A stretch of DNA of 64,000 nt from Mobula birostris (taxonomy: Eukaryota): the NCBI RefSeq assembly GCF_030028105.1, contig NC_092384.1, positions 3,887,665 to 3,951,664 of the forward strand, read 5' to 3'. Shown piece by piece: positions 10,301-22,415 of the stretch (its first letter is position 1; each line of letters starts with the position of its first letter). The notes under the pieces were generated by a model, which saw only the letters and a list, made by a program, of their open reading frames with translations, was not told the DNA's origin and did not search any database. The position numbers were made by a program, and so were the translations under genes.

Positions 10301-13300
10301 AATGATGTTGTGCCGCACAGACTTCACCTAATCATTGCAACACGCACAAGTTCCATATCCTCTCCATATATACTGATTTTCACCCCCATTACATTCAAAC
10401 AGATATCTTTATTCCATTCTCTCTAAATAGTAACATAATGTTAAGCAAGTTACAGAACAGTTCACACAACATTTTTTTCCTGATTTAAAAGTGGCATTTT
10501 TATTTCTTCTTACAGATTGATCTGACCTAGTGTAGGATTTGCAATCTGTACAAGTAGGAGATTTGTTCTCGCAACTTCTTGGATTTTGCTATTGCTTCTG
10601 AATTATGTTCTGAATTGAACGTTCTTCCCTTAAATTGTTGTTGATAGTAACACAATCTATTGTATTTTGAATTACTCACTGCATCATTTTGCATCACTGT
10701 GTCAGTAATCAAAATCTCGGATGTGCTTCTGCATTGTAAGATTTTGGCCGGTATTCATACTAGATAATGTAGACCATCTTGCGTGCAAAATCTCCTTCCA
10801 TTAAATTTCTCCAAAAATAGTTAACCTGCGTTTTGTTATCAACTCTTTCCGCTTTGTTTTGACTCAATCTCGTCCACCTGATCGGTTGGGTGGAACCAAT
10901 ACCAATCCGAATTTTGGAACTGGTATCTGCAGTGAAGGTCCCAAATTCAAGGTTCAAGATTGCTTCATGTAATTTCCTGTACACAAGTATAAAGGAAAAT
11001 GAAATAATTATTACGCAGGATCCGATACAATACAAAAAAAAACACTTGATAACAACACAATTGCAATAAGATACACGGTAAATTTAATTCCATACGTTAG
11101 CTAAGATATGTTGGCCATACCATCAAATTATTTTAATGCAATACGCTGTAAGGTAATTGACCTGCCTAAACGTGTATGTATATTTTCAATCGGTAGGAAG
11201 AGTCGATGAAAGATATAGTGGGATTCAAACTGACTTCAGTATTTGCAGAAATAATTCATTTGTTTGTGCAATAGGTAGTGGGGTTCTGTTGTTTTGGCGT
11301 ATAACAATTTACGACATATAGAATGTAAGAAGAATTACGAAGACCTAAGCCGAAATGGTTTACACCACTACACATTAAAGAACGTGCAGAACGTTCAAAA
11401 ATTTATAAAAGGTGAATTTAAGATTAGAAGAACTAACAAAAACAAACTAATCTTACTGTAGCTTTTTGCACGTGGATAAAGAGAAATAAATAGTGGTCAC
11501 GGAATCATGGAGTAACGCTAAAAGATTTCATGTAATTTCTCCGTGATAACTTCACCTGAAATATCAGTGTTCTATTCAATGAAACAAAAAGCTAATGGAA
11601 ATGCATATCACCACATGAAACGTCATGCAAAAATATTTAACCTGCTTGAGTTGGGATTTTCTCTGATAAATGCGCGTTTAGAGATTTTATCTCTCTTTTT
11701 TTAACCACTTGCAGTTCCGCCGGCGCCGTTGAAAATCATCGAAGAGAACGCTCCTTCCGTGGCGTTGACGTGCACAACTGCCGCTTTTTTCCCGAAGGAC
11801 TATGAGCTCATATGGTATAAAAATGAAATCGAAATCACTTCTGGAATACATACCACACAAATGCAGATCAAGGAGGGATTATATCTCGTTTCAAGCTCCC
11901 TCAATGTAATAGAAAGCTGGTCTGTTTATACTTGCCAGGTGTTTCATGAGTCTATCAAGGCGCCAGCATCCGAATCATATAGAATCCGATTAGGTAAGAG
12001 GTTTATATTCTCAACCGCATCTTGAGATGCGTCCATGTATTATGTCTGGTGTTTATAAATTTCTCACATCCAGAGGGGAAGGTACTATATTCAAGGGTAA
12101 AGGGAAATGTAAGTTCTTGGCTACACAGAAGAATAGTGGGATATCATATTACATTGCAGTTGTGTTCTCCATCAATGCAATAGTGAGCAGACCCACTTAT
12201 ATTTGCCAGTTGTTTCATGAATCCATGAAGACGCCATCCATTGAAACATATAGAAGTGATGATTTTGGTGGTGTTTAGAGTCTGAACGGCATCCTGAGAT
12301 GTATTTATATTTTATACGACCGTAACACCTTTCCACAAAGGACCAAATTAGGCCATTCATCCCAGTGAATTTACTGCGCCATTCCTTCAAGTCCGATTTA
12401 TTATCCCTCCCAATCCCATTTTCCATAACGTTGGACATCTTGACTAACCAAGAACCTACCAATATTCGCTTTAACTATACAAATGACTTGGGTTCCAATC
12501 AATTCCACAGATTCATTAAACACTGTCTAAAGAAATTCATACTTCTTCTAAATGTGGTTGGTGTGGTGGGTGTCTCTTTATGTTCAGACTGTGCTCATCG
12601 TAGATTTATGTTTCATGCTTACGAATTCCTCACAAACGGAGTAGATTGACCGGGAACAATAAGGCAGAGGCTATTTGAAAGTACTAATGTTATAGTCTAC
12701 TAGATTTGTGCTGTTTTCTGCTTGCAAAGGAACACCTTACAGCGGTTTGACGCAGCTCTCTTGTTTCTGCATGTTATGTCTGCCTTAATAATGAAGGAAT
12801 CAACTGAGATTTGAACTGGGCTTAAATAATGCTACAATTTTTATATTTCGACTAACCAGTTGCTTTATAGCCTTTGCACTCGCTCATTCATGCATTTTCT
12901 CTCCTTCACTCAAGTCAACTCACATGTAGTAAGAACTCACGCAGCATTTGGAACATATAGTGTAAATCATTCACACTTTAAATCATCTTAAAATATGACC
13001 TGCTTTCAGTTTTAAAGATTACAAAAATATTATGTTACAATCAGGCAAAATTGAGGAAACATGTTATATTAGTACTTTTAAACAAAGTAATGTAGAAATT
13101 TATTCAGCATGCGCAAATAAACATTCAACAAGTTTAAAGCATGACATCCTCTCATCAACCGAAATTCCAACAGCTCCTGACCTTTCTGTAACTCCGAACT
13201 TTGATCCAAGGCAGGACTCAGATTATATATTTCTGAACTATATGCTGTTCAGTCCCAGCATAACGATCTACATTACTCCTGTTCCAGATCTGACAGCACG

Positions 13301-14786
13301 TTATTACTCTCAGAGCAGCAAGTTGCCACCGTCGCTCCTCTGCTGCTGTAGACACTTTCTGTTATGTGCGTTGTTTATTTTTTCTCTCCTGCTGAGTTCT
13401 GAATGACATTCATCACGGCCCTTCAATCATTACACTGTTCGCCCAATCATTCCACTTTACTCTTGAAGAAGCTGCATGGGCTTCTTCTCATTCTTTACTC
13501 TTTTCTTTAACCAGTTTTCACACAGCAGCTGAAACTTCTCTATACGCATCGTCAACAATCTTCTGCCCTGCAATTTACTATGATTACATTGAAGATCTAC
13601 TAACTCCTCGTGTACTTTTTTTGGTTTCTTTTTCTAACCTGGCACTGTCCTTTAGCAGTGCCAAGTAGCTAATGTTCATCTTACTGATTGGTACTGACTT
13701 CTCATTGGATGTTGGCCCAAGTTACAAACTGTGTTACTTTAAGGCTCTTTCCCACACACTTGTTTCCGAAATAATTTCTACGTTCAAAGACCAGGCCAGC
13801 CAGGTCAGGCTACACAGGGCCCAGCCGACCAGATCACAGGCTATTCCTTCAACAAGGCTGCATTTTTACATGATTAAGATCATTTTCTCTAGAAGTCGTC
13901 TCAGGTTTAGCAGGTCATCAACAGTAAAACCATTCTGTCCATGTTCAGTTCCTCCGACTTAGCTTTGGGGAAAAAACAGTTCACTGAACAGTTCAGGAAA
14001 TGACATTGCAAGAAAAAAAATAAAAATAGGGTCTTTTAAGAGACCCCTGGACAGGTACATGGAGTTTAGAAAAAATAGAGGCCTATGGGTTACCATAGGT
14101 AATTTCTAAAGTACGTACATGTTCGGAACAGCATTGTGGGCCGAAAAGCCTGTATTGTGCTTTAAGTATTCTATGTTCTACGTCTCTAATAGCAGTTTTC
14201 ATCCCCGCGACCACATGGACAGAACACAAACTTATGATTTGGATCTTTCCAGAGCCCTTTCCTCATTAATGTTCGTTGATTTGTAGATTTCAGTACTTTC
14301 TGGTCAATATTGTATATTATATTTACATAGCGTTAAGCCAATAATAAGATATGTGAAATAACATTCATTAAAACAATAATTGAATTCATTCGACTTGTCG
14401 GCTGTGAAAAGGTATCGCATCTCCACCCTCTTTCTCTCTCTCTCTCTCGCTCTCTCCCCGCCCCCCCCCCACCGTCCTTTCACCCCCTCGCTTTTTTATG
14501 TCTTCCAGACTCCTCTGGATGCCTTCTCTATGTTTTTACCGATTTCTGAACTATCATTACCTCCTCCACAAAGAAATGCGTCTTTCTCCTCTATCCACAA
14601 CACTATTCTTGTCTTGTCTTTGTGTTTTTTCCCCTAATTTTTCTGTTGCTAAAAAATAATTACCAACTTATATGTTTCCTAGCAGCCCGGTGGATTCAAG
14701 GCATTAATCTGTGTCGAATTCTGCTTGGTCTGTTGGTAATAACAGTGGGCATCGTGCTCATCGTCAATTATTTGCAATCATTCTAA
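4322..14786 (+). CDS. Gene A: spliced type I membrane IgSF receptor, leader-V(J)-C1-TM(Arg)-very short tail, 252 aa; join(4322..4376,4623..4943,11715..11993,14683..14786)
   Basis: Four exons with GT/AG junctions, all introns phase 1. Total 759 nt = 252 codons + TAA, with no internal stop. Canonical V and C1 Cys/Trp motifs and a hydrophobic TM are present. Orthology (SIRP-like, NCR3-like, PRARP-like) cannot be settled by eye. Confidence 0.88.
4623..4943 (+). CDS. Gene A exon 2, V-set Ig domain with joined J-like G strand
   Basis: Acceptor TTCTGACAG|, donor G|GTAAAT. Protein ITVRQ..SIYC..VYWWK..DRRM..AEFHIFDLRFGDSGIFYCGV..KGNGTNVIVH carries the B-strand Cys, C-strand Trp, D-x-G-x-F/Y-Y-C and GxGT motifs. 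Confidence 0.93.
5330..6230 (-). mobile_element. Degenerate Rex1/Babar-like LINE RT fragment in gene A intron 2
   Basis: Minus strand gives remnants such as INTGAPLECALGPILYSLY and a FKFLGV-type C-terminal motif; many stops. Confidence 0.6.
8850..9065 (+). mobile_element. V-SINE/HE1-like SINE, degenerate
   Basis: TCTGTAAGGAGTTT..GTTCTCC..CGGTTTCTTCCCACAGTCCAA core resembles the shark HE1/V-SINE central domain (recognised from memory). Confidence 0.55.
11715..11993 (+). CDS. Gene A exon 3, C1-set Ig domain
   Basis: Acceptor CACTTGCAG|, donor G|GTAAGA, phase 1-1. Protein ALTCTTAAFFPKDYELIWYKN..GLYLVSSSL..YTCQVFH fits the C1-set pattern C-x4-F-F/Y-P..W and Y-x-C-x-V-x-H. Confidence 0.93.
12157..12305 (+). 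pseudogene. Degenerate tandem copy of the 3' half of the gene A C1 exon plus adjacent intron
   Basis: VVFSINAIVSRPTYICQLFHESMKTPSIETY parallels LVSSSLNVIESWSVYTCQVFHESIKAPASESY. Nucleotide anchors GTTTCATGA and GCATC(T/C)TGAGATG recur at a 271-nt offset. The B-strand Cys and C-strand Trp are missing. Confidence 0.75.
13990..14170 (+). mobile_element. CR1 3' end fragment
   Basis: GGGTCTTTTAAGAGAC..GGACAGGTACATGGAG..GGGCCGAA..CTATGTTCTA tail; the same family recurs at 48.5 and 51.9 kb. Confidence 0.6.
14683..14786 (+). CDS. Gene A exon 4, stalk + TM with Arg + stop (AARWIQGINLCRILLGLLVITVGIVLIVNYLQSF*)
   Basis: Acceptor TGTTTCCTAG|CAG is a NAGNAG tandem acceptor; both choices keep the frame from the phase-1 C1 exon. 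About 20 hydrophobic residues follow. TAA at 14784-14786; donor AG|GTAAAC at 14795. Confidence 0.82.
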
Positions 14787-17689
14787 TTCAAAAGGTAAAC
14801 ATTTCACAATAATAACTAGAAGTAATAAGCCATGAATTAACTATTGGTGTTAGTTATTTGTGACGTTAATTATTTTAATGTTTTTTTCTCTCTCCAAGAT
14901 AACGAATTGTCTTCATTAGTTGACATTTCAGATCCATCTGGGTATTCATGAAAAGATAATTACAGCATGCTAAAGATCTGAAATAGTCTTTAATGATTTT
15001 TTTAGGCTGTCATTCCATATTATTTTCTGAAATAACACACACCGACTCAGATGCACTAAATATAAGTCTCTCAGGAACAGTTTTCCATATAGCACCTTCT
15101 ACTGCACGGTTAGTCCAGCAGCTCTACAATCAACTGCGTGTAATATTGTAGAGTTTTTATTTTCACTCCTGTAGTGGGTTGACTGTTCATACCATCAATG
15201 ATTTTATCTCTCCTGTATCAATACAGTTATCGCTGTAATAAAACAAGTTCCGAAATATTTTATGTGTACAGCTATTTTTGTACACTAAATCTGGGAGGCT
15301 GAGCGAAGTTAAATTGGAGCTAAACGGCGACTACTTTGCTTACATCTTCGGAAACAGCTCTATTTCCATTTTTAACCCAGGCAACGTGTTCATATTCTGT
15401 ACCTTCAATTTTGACTCGGCCCAAGAATCCCCTTCTAGCAAGTGTCTATACCAAATTTTGAACTACAGATCTATTTACAATATATAAATAGCTTATCTGA
15501 CATTAATAAATAGATGATTAACGTTTCAGAGATCTACATTCCATTTCAATAGATACTGGTCAAATTTGACAGGAACAGCCTCAATGTGCATTAATTCTTA
15601 ATGAATGTTTTAGAGATCTAAAATCCATTTCAATAGATACAGCAACCCACACTGAAAATGCTGGTGAACACAGCAGGTCAAGCAGCATCTACAGGAAGAG
15701 GTACAGTCGATGTTTCGGGCCGAGGCCCTTCGTTAGGTTTTAAATTCAGTAGATACGTGTCAAATTTGATCTGGAATATCCTCTATGTACAAAAAATTCT
15801 AGCACCTGTACAAAAGTATAACATTTTTAAATATTTTCATGTTTGCGCATTTTAAGTCACTTTTGGAAAACTCATCAAATTTCGGCTACAGAAAAAGACA
15901 TTTAAGGTGTTTTTACTGCTGTCAAATGTCAAAACGAGTCAAATTTGACCCGAATAGTATCTAAGAATTAATATCTTTATTTTGCCCTTTCAAGGTTCTG
16001 TTGAAGACCCTGATCTGGAGTTACACGCAGATGTCGGGTCCCGGGACCCGTTCTCGGGGTTTCAGGATTGGCCGTTGTTCGGCACACCAAGGGTTCGGCG
16101 TATGAGTCCGGCTCGGATTCGAAAGGCTGGGATCTCGGGGCTGTGGAAACGGGCCGAACGAGGGTCGGTGTCACTGCAGGAGACCTGTGTGTCGTCGGGG
16201 GAGTCGGAAAATCTACCGCTGTGTGCCCGAAGACCTGAGATCTTTGCGATCTTCAGGCACGGAGCTCGAAAAAAAAGAGACGTAACGGACTTTTAACATC
16301 GTAAATCAGCGAGTTGTTGTTATGTCTCCCCGATCGCAGGGAAAATGCAGACATCTCTTTCTCCCTTATTAGGGAGAGAGAGCACCCGTGGTATGTCGTA
16401 TACCGGCTAAAACGGGACGTCTTTGCGGTAACTGCACGTCTGTGTCTTTGTTATTGCTTTGTTTACGCTTGAGTGCTCGGTGGAGGTATCAATGCTTCTG
16501 TTTTTTTGCCGGTGTAGGGAGGGGAGGAGGGGGATTGTTGCACGCTGCCGCTTACGCGCGGGAGGGAGAGGAGCTGTGGGGACTTTGAGGTTCTTAGGTT
16601 TATCTGTCGTTCATTCTTCGTGGCATTTCTCTGCTTTTGTGGATGTTTGAGAAGAAAAAAAAATTCAGAATGTATATTGCATATATTTCTCTGATATTAC
16701 ATTGGACCTTTAAATCTTTGAACCCCTGAGTTATTTTGTAATTCTGAGTATTACCCAAACTTGAGAGATAGCCAAGTCCAGAAGTTTGTCTGTTTCAGGA
16801 AGCACAGTCTTGTCCTTTGATTCATTAGAAGTCACTGTAGTTCCTTATTTTCAACTTGCTGCTTAAAGGTAACCAGAATCATCTTGAAAGCAATCTCAAA
16901 CACATCTTAAACTTTGATGCCTGGAATTGTCCCAAACTTCAGAGGCACTGTAATAGAAACGATATTTCCATTACAGCGTGATTGTTGTGGCATTGGCCCA
17001 CTCTTTTATGTATGGATAATAGAAAAATATTTAAGTTATAGTTTATTTCCAGGAAGAGAAATTATTCCATCATTGTATGTCAACCCATAAGAATGTACTC
17101 TTTTTTCGAAATCCAGCACCAAATAGCTTTGAGTGAAAAACACATGTTTATATTGACATGTTCTGTTCTTTAAGTTTCATTTTTACATAACACGTCATAA
17201 GTGATTACTGGTGCGATGAATAGCGTTTTGGAAAGACGAGGTTCTAAGGTGTCATGTATATTCCTTTTTGATTACCCCTCATGATTAGGTTTCAAATTGC
17301 ATTACAAAGATTTCATCACATTTTCAGCATAAAGAACCGTAGATTAATCTCAGAGGATATACAAAATAGCTGACTAATAATTTTGAATTAAATCTATCGC
17401 TTATTCCTTTCTGAAGATTTCGTTCTCCTTTCTCCCAATTACTTGTTCTTTCTTTCTTGTAGAGGTACTTCTGTTCACTCGGTTTGCTTCACTTCCTTTA
17501 TTGCAAAGCACCTTCCGTTCAAAAAGGTTTCATTGGCGGTTAAATGTATTCAAATCACGACCTTGTACAGAATTAGATAATTAGAAATGCTAAACTCTCA
17601 TAACCATAAATGTGGATTAATAAAAATTTCGTGCAACGTATTTTTTTAAAAGGTACTGAAATAAAGGATATCCGTATCCGTCACGTCCA

Positions 17690-19150
17690 CACTCCAGTGC
17701 CACACGCTGCCACACGCTCCTCATATTTTAACCGTTTCATTCTCGGAATCATTCTCGCCCATCCCCTTCTGGACTGTCTCCAATAACAATGCATCCTTTC
17801 TGAGATAAGTGGCCTAAAAATGTTGACAATATTTCAAGTGCGACCTGATTTGTGCCTTATAAAGCTTCAGCATTATTTCCTTGTTTTTTTTTATATTCTA
17901 TTCCCCTTGAAACAAATGTCAACATTGCATTTGCCTTCTTTACATGACTCAACCTGTAAGTTAACCTTCCGAGAGTCTTGCACGAGGACTCCGAAGTCCC
18001 TTTGCAACTTTGTTGTTTGAATATTCTCCCCATTTAGATAATAATCTGCATTATAGTTCATTTTACGAAAACATATTGTCATGCATTTCACAACGCTGTA
18101 TTCCATCTGTCACTTTTTTGCCCATCCTTCCGGTTTATCTAAGACCTGCTGCAGTCGCATTGCTTCCTCAGCACTCCCCACCCCTCCACCTATCTTCACA
18201 ACATTCGCAAACTTTGCCACAAAGTCATCAATTACATAATCCAATTCATTGGTAAACAATGTGAAAAGGGGAGGAGAAGATGGTGGCGCGACGCAGCGCG
18301 GGCGGCCGCTCGAAATGATATCGTACGTGTTAACTAGGGCCGTTCACAATCCTGATTTGATGGAGACGGACGTGAGAAGCACTGAGGGACACCTGGAGAA
18401 ACTTCTGCAATGCCTGCTTCACTGCCGCTGTTATTGTGCGATCGAGAATCTCCGGAAGGGAAGGCCCCAAATCCTCGGCTTTCCCTGTTGCCTGTTGCCG
18501 GGGACGGGGTCGATGCGCACGGCCGAGATGATCCTTGGTACTCGGTGTCGGAGGGCTGGTTGGATGCTCGAAGTTTTCGGACGGACTCAAGAGTCGTCTG
18601 TGGTCGGGTGCTTCCAGGATGCTGCATCGGCAAGTTTGCGGCTCTGGAAGCTCAAGGCAGGAAGAGTTTTTTGTTTTTTCTTCCTTCTACCGTCTGCGTG
18701 AGATGATGGGATTTTCGAGAGACTTTGAGACTTTTTTTTTTTTACCGTGCCCATGGTCTGTTTTTCATCAAATTGCGACATTGCTTTGCATTGTTGTAAC
18801 TATATGTTATAATTATGTGTTTTTTTTTGTCAGTTTTTCAGTCGGTTTGCCTTGTGTTTCTGTGATATCATTCTGGAGAAACATTGTATAATTTCTTAAT
18901 GCATGCATTACTCAATGAAAACAAAAGTGGACTGCGTGTCCTCATAATCGAATCGAATCTAAAAAAGTACTGGTCCCAATACTGATCCCTGGGGAACATA
19001 ACCAGTCAGTGGCAGCCAACCAGAAAACGCCCCCTTTATTGCCAATCGCTCCCTTCCGCCTCTCAGCCATTCCTCTATCCAAGCTGGTGTCTTTCCTGTA
19101 CCACAATAGGATTTTATCTTGTTAAGCAGCCTTCTGTGGTGTTCCACGGG
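17690..19150 (-). mobile_element. Degenerate CR1 RT 3' fragment interrupted by a GC-rich short element (about 18272-18960)
   Basis: RT remnants (ADYYLNGE, VPQGSVLGPVLF) lie on both sides. The insert starts GAAGATGGTGGCGCGACG and ends in an AATCGAATCT-type tail. Confidence 0.65.
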
Positions 19151-19199
19151 ACAGCGCTGGAGCCGCTTTTTTTTACTGCTGTACGTCGTAGCTGAATAT

Positions 19200-21870
19200 C
19201 CATTGTTCTGTTGACAGGTTTGTAGGTACGAACATTACATTTGCCTTCTTTACAATAGACTCAAGCTGTGAATTTACCTTCCTGGAGTCTTCTGGGATAT
19301 AGTTGGAGGGGCAGGTGCTGTTGTAAAAACAGGTAGATTGAGGAAGGACTGAGACAGCTTCGACAAATGGGCAGAAAGTGGCAAATGAAATACAATGTTC
19401 AAAAATGAATGGTCATACACTTTGGTAGAGAAATAAATGTGTAGACCAATTTATACACGGGGAGAATATCCAAAACTCTGAGATGCAGAGGGATTTGGGA
19501 GTCTTTGTGCAGAAAAACCGTAACAGATAACTTGCAGCTTGGGTCGTTGGTGAGGAAGGCGAATGCAATGTTAGCATACATTTCAATAGGTCTTCAATCC
19601 AAGGCCTGAGATATGACGCTGAGATTATAAGGCACTGGTGTGGCCGCACCTTGAGTAGTGTGAACGGTTTTGGGCTCATCACTAAGTAAAGATGTAGTGG
19701 CAGCGGGGAGTGTCCCAAAGAGGATCGCAAGGATGAATCTCGGAATGTAAGGGTTATCACATGAAGAGCGTTTGATAGCTCTGGGTCTGTAGTCGCTGAA
19801 ATTTAGAAAGATGATGGGGTGTCTTATTGAAATGCTTTGAATGTTGCAAGGCCTAGACACAGTAGATCTGTGAAGGGTCTTTTCCATTCTGGGGGAGTCT
19901 AGTATAAAAACAGAGATGCAGAGGATTTTTTTTTTTTAACCAGAGGGTGGTGAATTTGTGGAATTTATTAGCAGCAGGTTGTGGCCAAGTTGTTGGCAGT
20001 ATTGAAGGCCGAGCTTGAGGAGGTGGAAAATTGATCCACCATGTTTAATTGGGGTAGCAGACTCGATGGGGAAAATGGCATAATTCTGCTCCTATATCTC
20101 ATGGTCTTATGGTCTTATGTGAGGCACCTTATAAAACGCCTTCCGAAAATCTGAGTAAATTACATCCACTGCCTCTCATTTGCTCACCCTGCTTGTTAAT
20201 TCATCGACGATTTCTAGTAGATTTGTTAGGCAGGATTTCGCTTAACAGAAACAATGCTGACTTTACCTATTTGTCATTAGTCTCCAAGTACCCCGAAACG
20301 TTGTCTTTAATCATGGAATGCAGCAATTTCTCAATCACGGTGGTAGGACTAATTGACCTACAATTTCTTCTCTTTTATCTTCCTCTGTTCTTAAAGAGTG
20401 GCGTGACACTTAGAGTATTCCAGTCATCCGGCTTCATGCCACAATGCTTGAAGGATCATGATCAATGCATCTGTTATCTCCTTAGTAACTTTCTTTACGA
20501 CTCTTGCCCTAAGCTGTATGGTCTGAGGTCTACGATCTCTGGCCTAATCATCATGGTCTGTAGGGTAGAGACATGGACCACAGACTGTTTGTGTTCTACG
20601 GTCAGTATTCTGCGGTCAGTGGCCTTAGCTTACGACTCTGGGTTGTTATCCATCTGGTCCAGATAACTTACCGATCATAGGACCTTTTCAATATCTCTAG
20701 CACGTTTTACTTTGTAATAGCAATGGTACTCACTTCTGCCCTCTGACGCTCACGGGTCTCTATCACATAGCTAGTGTCTTCCACAGTGAAGACCGAAGCA
20801 AACTACTTATTAAGTTCCCACAAAATGCTGTTGGAACGCAGCTGGTCAGGCAGCATCTGTAGGAAGAAGTGCCGTCAGTCATGTCCTGACGAAGGGTCTC
20901 GACCTAAAACGTTGACTGTACTTCTCCCTATAGCTGCTACCTGGCCTGCTGTATTCCACCGGCATTTTGCGTATGTTGCTTAAATTTCCAGCATCTGTAG
21001 ATTTTCTCCTGTTTGCGTTACTTATTCAGTTCATCAGCCATTTCTTTGTCCCCCATTACTACTGTAACAGCATCATTTTCCAGTGGTCCAATACGAACTC
21101 TCACTTCCTTTTGCTCTTTATATATGTGAAACAAACTTTAAATATTCTGATTCATATTATTGACTAGTTTGCCCTCATATTACATCTTTTTCATTCTTAT
21201 GGCTTTATTATTGTCTTTTGTTGGATTTGTAAAGCTTTTGAATCATCCAACTCGCCACTCAAGTTTGCCACCGTATATGCCTTCACGTTAATGCAGTCTT
21301 TAACGTCCCTTGTCAGCCACCGTTGCCTACACCTTCCATGTGAGAACAGCTTCTGCTGTGCGGCATATCTATCTTACGTCTTGTGAACTATTCCCAGAAA
21401 CTTCAGCCACCTCTGTTCTACCATCATCCCCGCCAGTATCTCCCTCTAATCAACATGAGAAAGCTCTTCTCTCATGCCTCTGGAATTCCCTTTACTCCAT
21501 AGGGAAACTGATACACTTGACTTATGCTTCTACCTCTCAAACTGCAGTACGAATTCAATCATATTGTGATGACTGCCTCCTAAGGGATCCTCTACGTTAT
21601 ACGGACTAATAAAATCGGAGCTATTAAACAACACCAATCTAAGGTAGCCTTTCCCCTGGTAGGCGTCTCTGAAAAGCCATCTCGTAGGAATTCCACAAAT
21701 TCGCTTTCTTGTGATCTGACACCAACCTTGTTTTCCCAAATGCTTTTCATAGTGAAGACTCCTATTGCAATTGTGACATTACACTTATTACATGCCCGTT
21801 GCGGCTCCCTTTGCATCTCAACCTCGCCTATTGGCTACTGTTTGGAGGCCTACATACGATCCCCATAATG
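19200..21870. mobile_element. Cluster of degenerate CR1 fragments in both orientations, with a hairpin insert at about 20820-21010
   Basis: RT C-terminal remnants on + (19.3-20.1 kb); endonuclease/RT remnants on - (EFVEFLRDGF, LGGSHHNMIEF). Confidence 0.6.
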
Positions 21871-22189
21871 GTTCTTTTGCCGTTGCAGTTTCTCAACTTA
21901 AATGGCAGGATTTGGGGGAAAGAGGCTCAACAGAGAGACATTGGGCTCCATGGCTATATGTCCTTGAAAAACGCAATATGTGTACAGAGAATAGTGAAGA
22001 AAACGCATTCAATTGTTACATCCTGAAGTCGGATTGATTGATTGATCGATATTTATTTATTGTTTGTTTGTTTGTTTGTTTGTTTGTTTGTTTATTTATT
22101 TATTTATTCGTTTACTTATTTGAAGATACCGCTCAAAACAGGTCGTTACTTCCCAATGGCCCAGCAAATCATCTCTTTAATACAAACCT

Positions 22190-22415
22190 ACTTACATGGC
22201 AACTTGCAATGACTATTTAAATTACTAACCGGTAAATCGCTGGAAACGGTAACAGAAACAAGGGTACGTCTTTGGACTGTGAGAGGAATCTGGACCAAAG
22301 TCATGCGGTTCACGGAGAGCACGGGACAACTACCTACAGATGGCGCTGGAATAGAAATCCATCTCCCCAAGCTGTAACAGAATCGCGCTAGCTGTTAACC
22401 TGCCATAGCGCCCCA
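22190..22415 (-). mobile_element. V-SINE/HE1-like SINE, degenerate
   Basis: Reverse complement of the same core (GTACGTCTTTGGACTGTGAGAGGAA..GCGGTTCACGGAGAG..ACAACT), preceded by a TTTG/TTTA simple repeat. Confidence 0.55.

Noticed and set aside
10825-10980. Minus-strand open exon-like stretch (KLHEAILNLEFG..NKTQ)
   Set aside because: The apparent acceptor lies in what looks like a common repeat tail (GGTTCAAGATTGCTTCATGTAATTTCCTGTACACAAG), the peptide resembles nothing I recognise, and no coherent nested gene could be assembled.
15977-16720. GC-rich block with several short ORFs, resembling a CpG-island gene start
   Set aside because: The ORFs lack motifs and the block ends in a repeat-type tail; most likely an unclassified interspersed repeat.
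17462-17620. Strong acceptor followed by an AATAAA, a possible last exon of gene A
   Set aside because: It would be non-coding given the stop at 14786, and nothing in the sequence ties it to gene A without transcript data.
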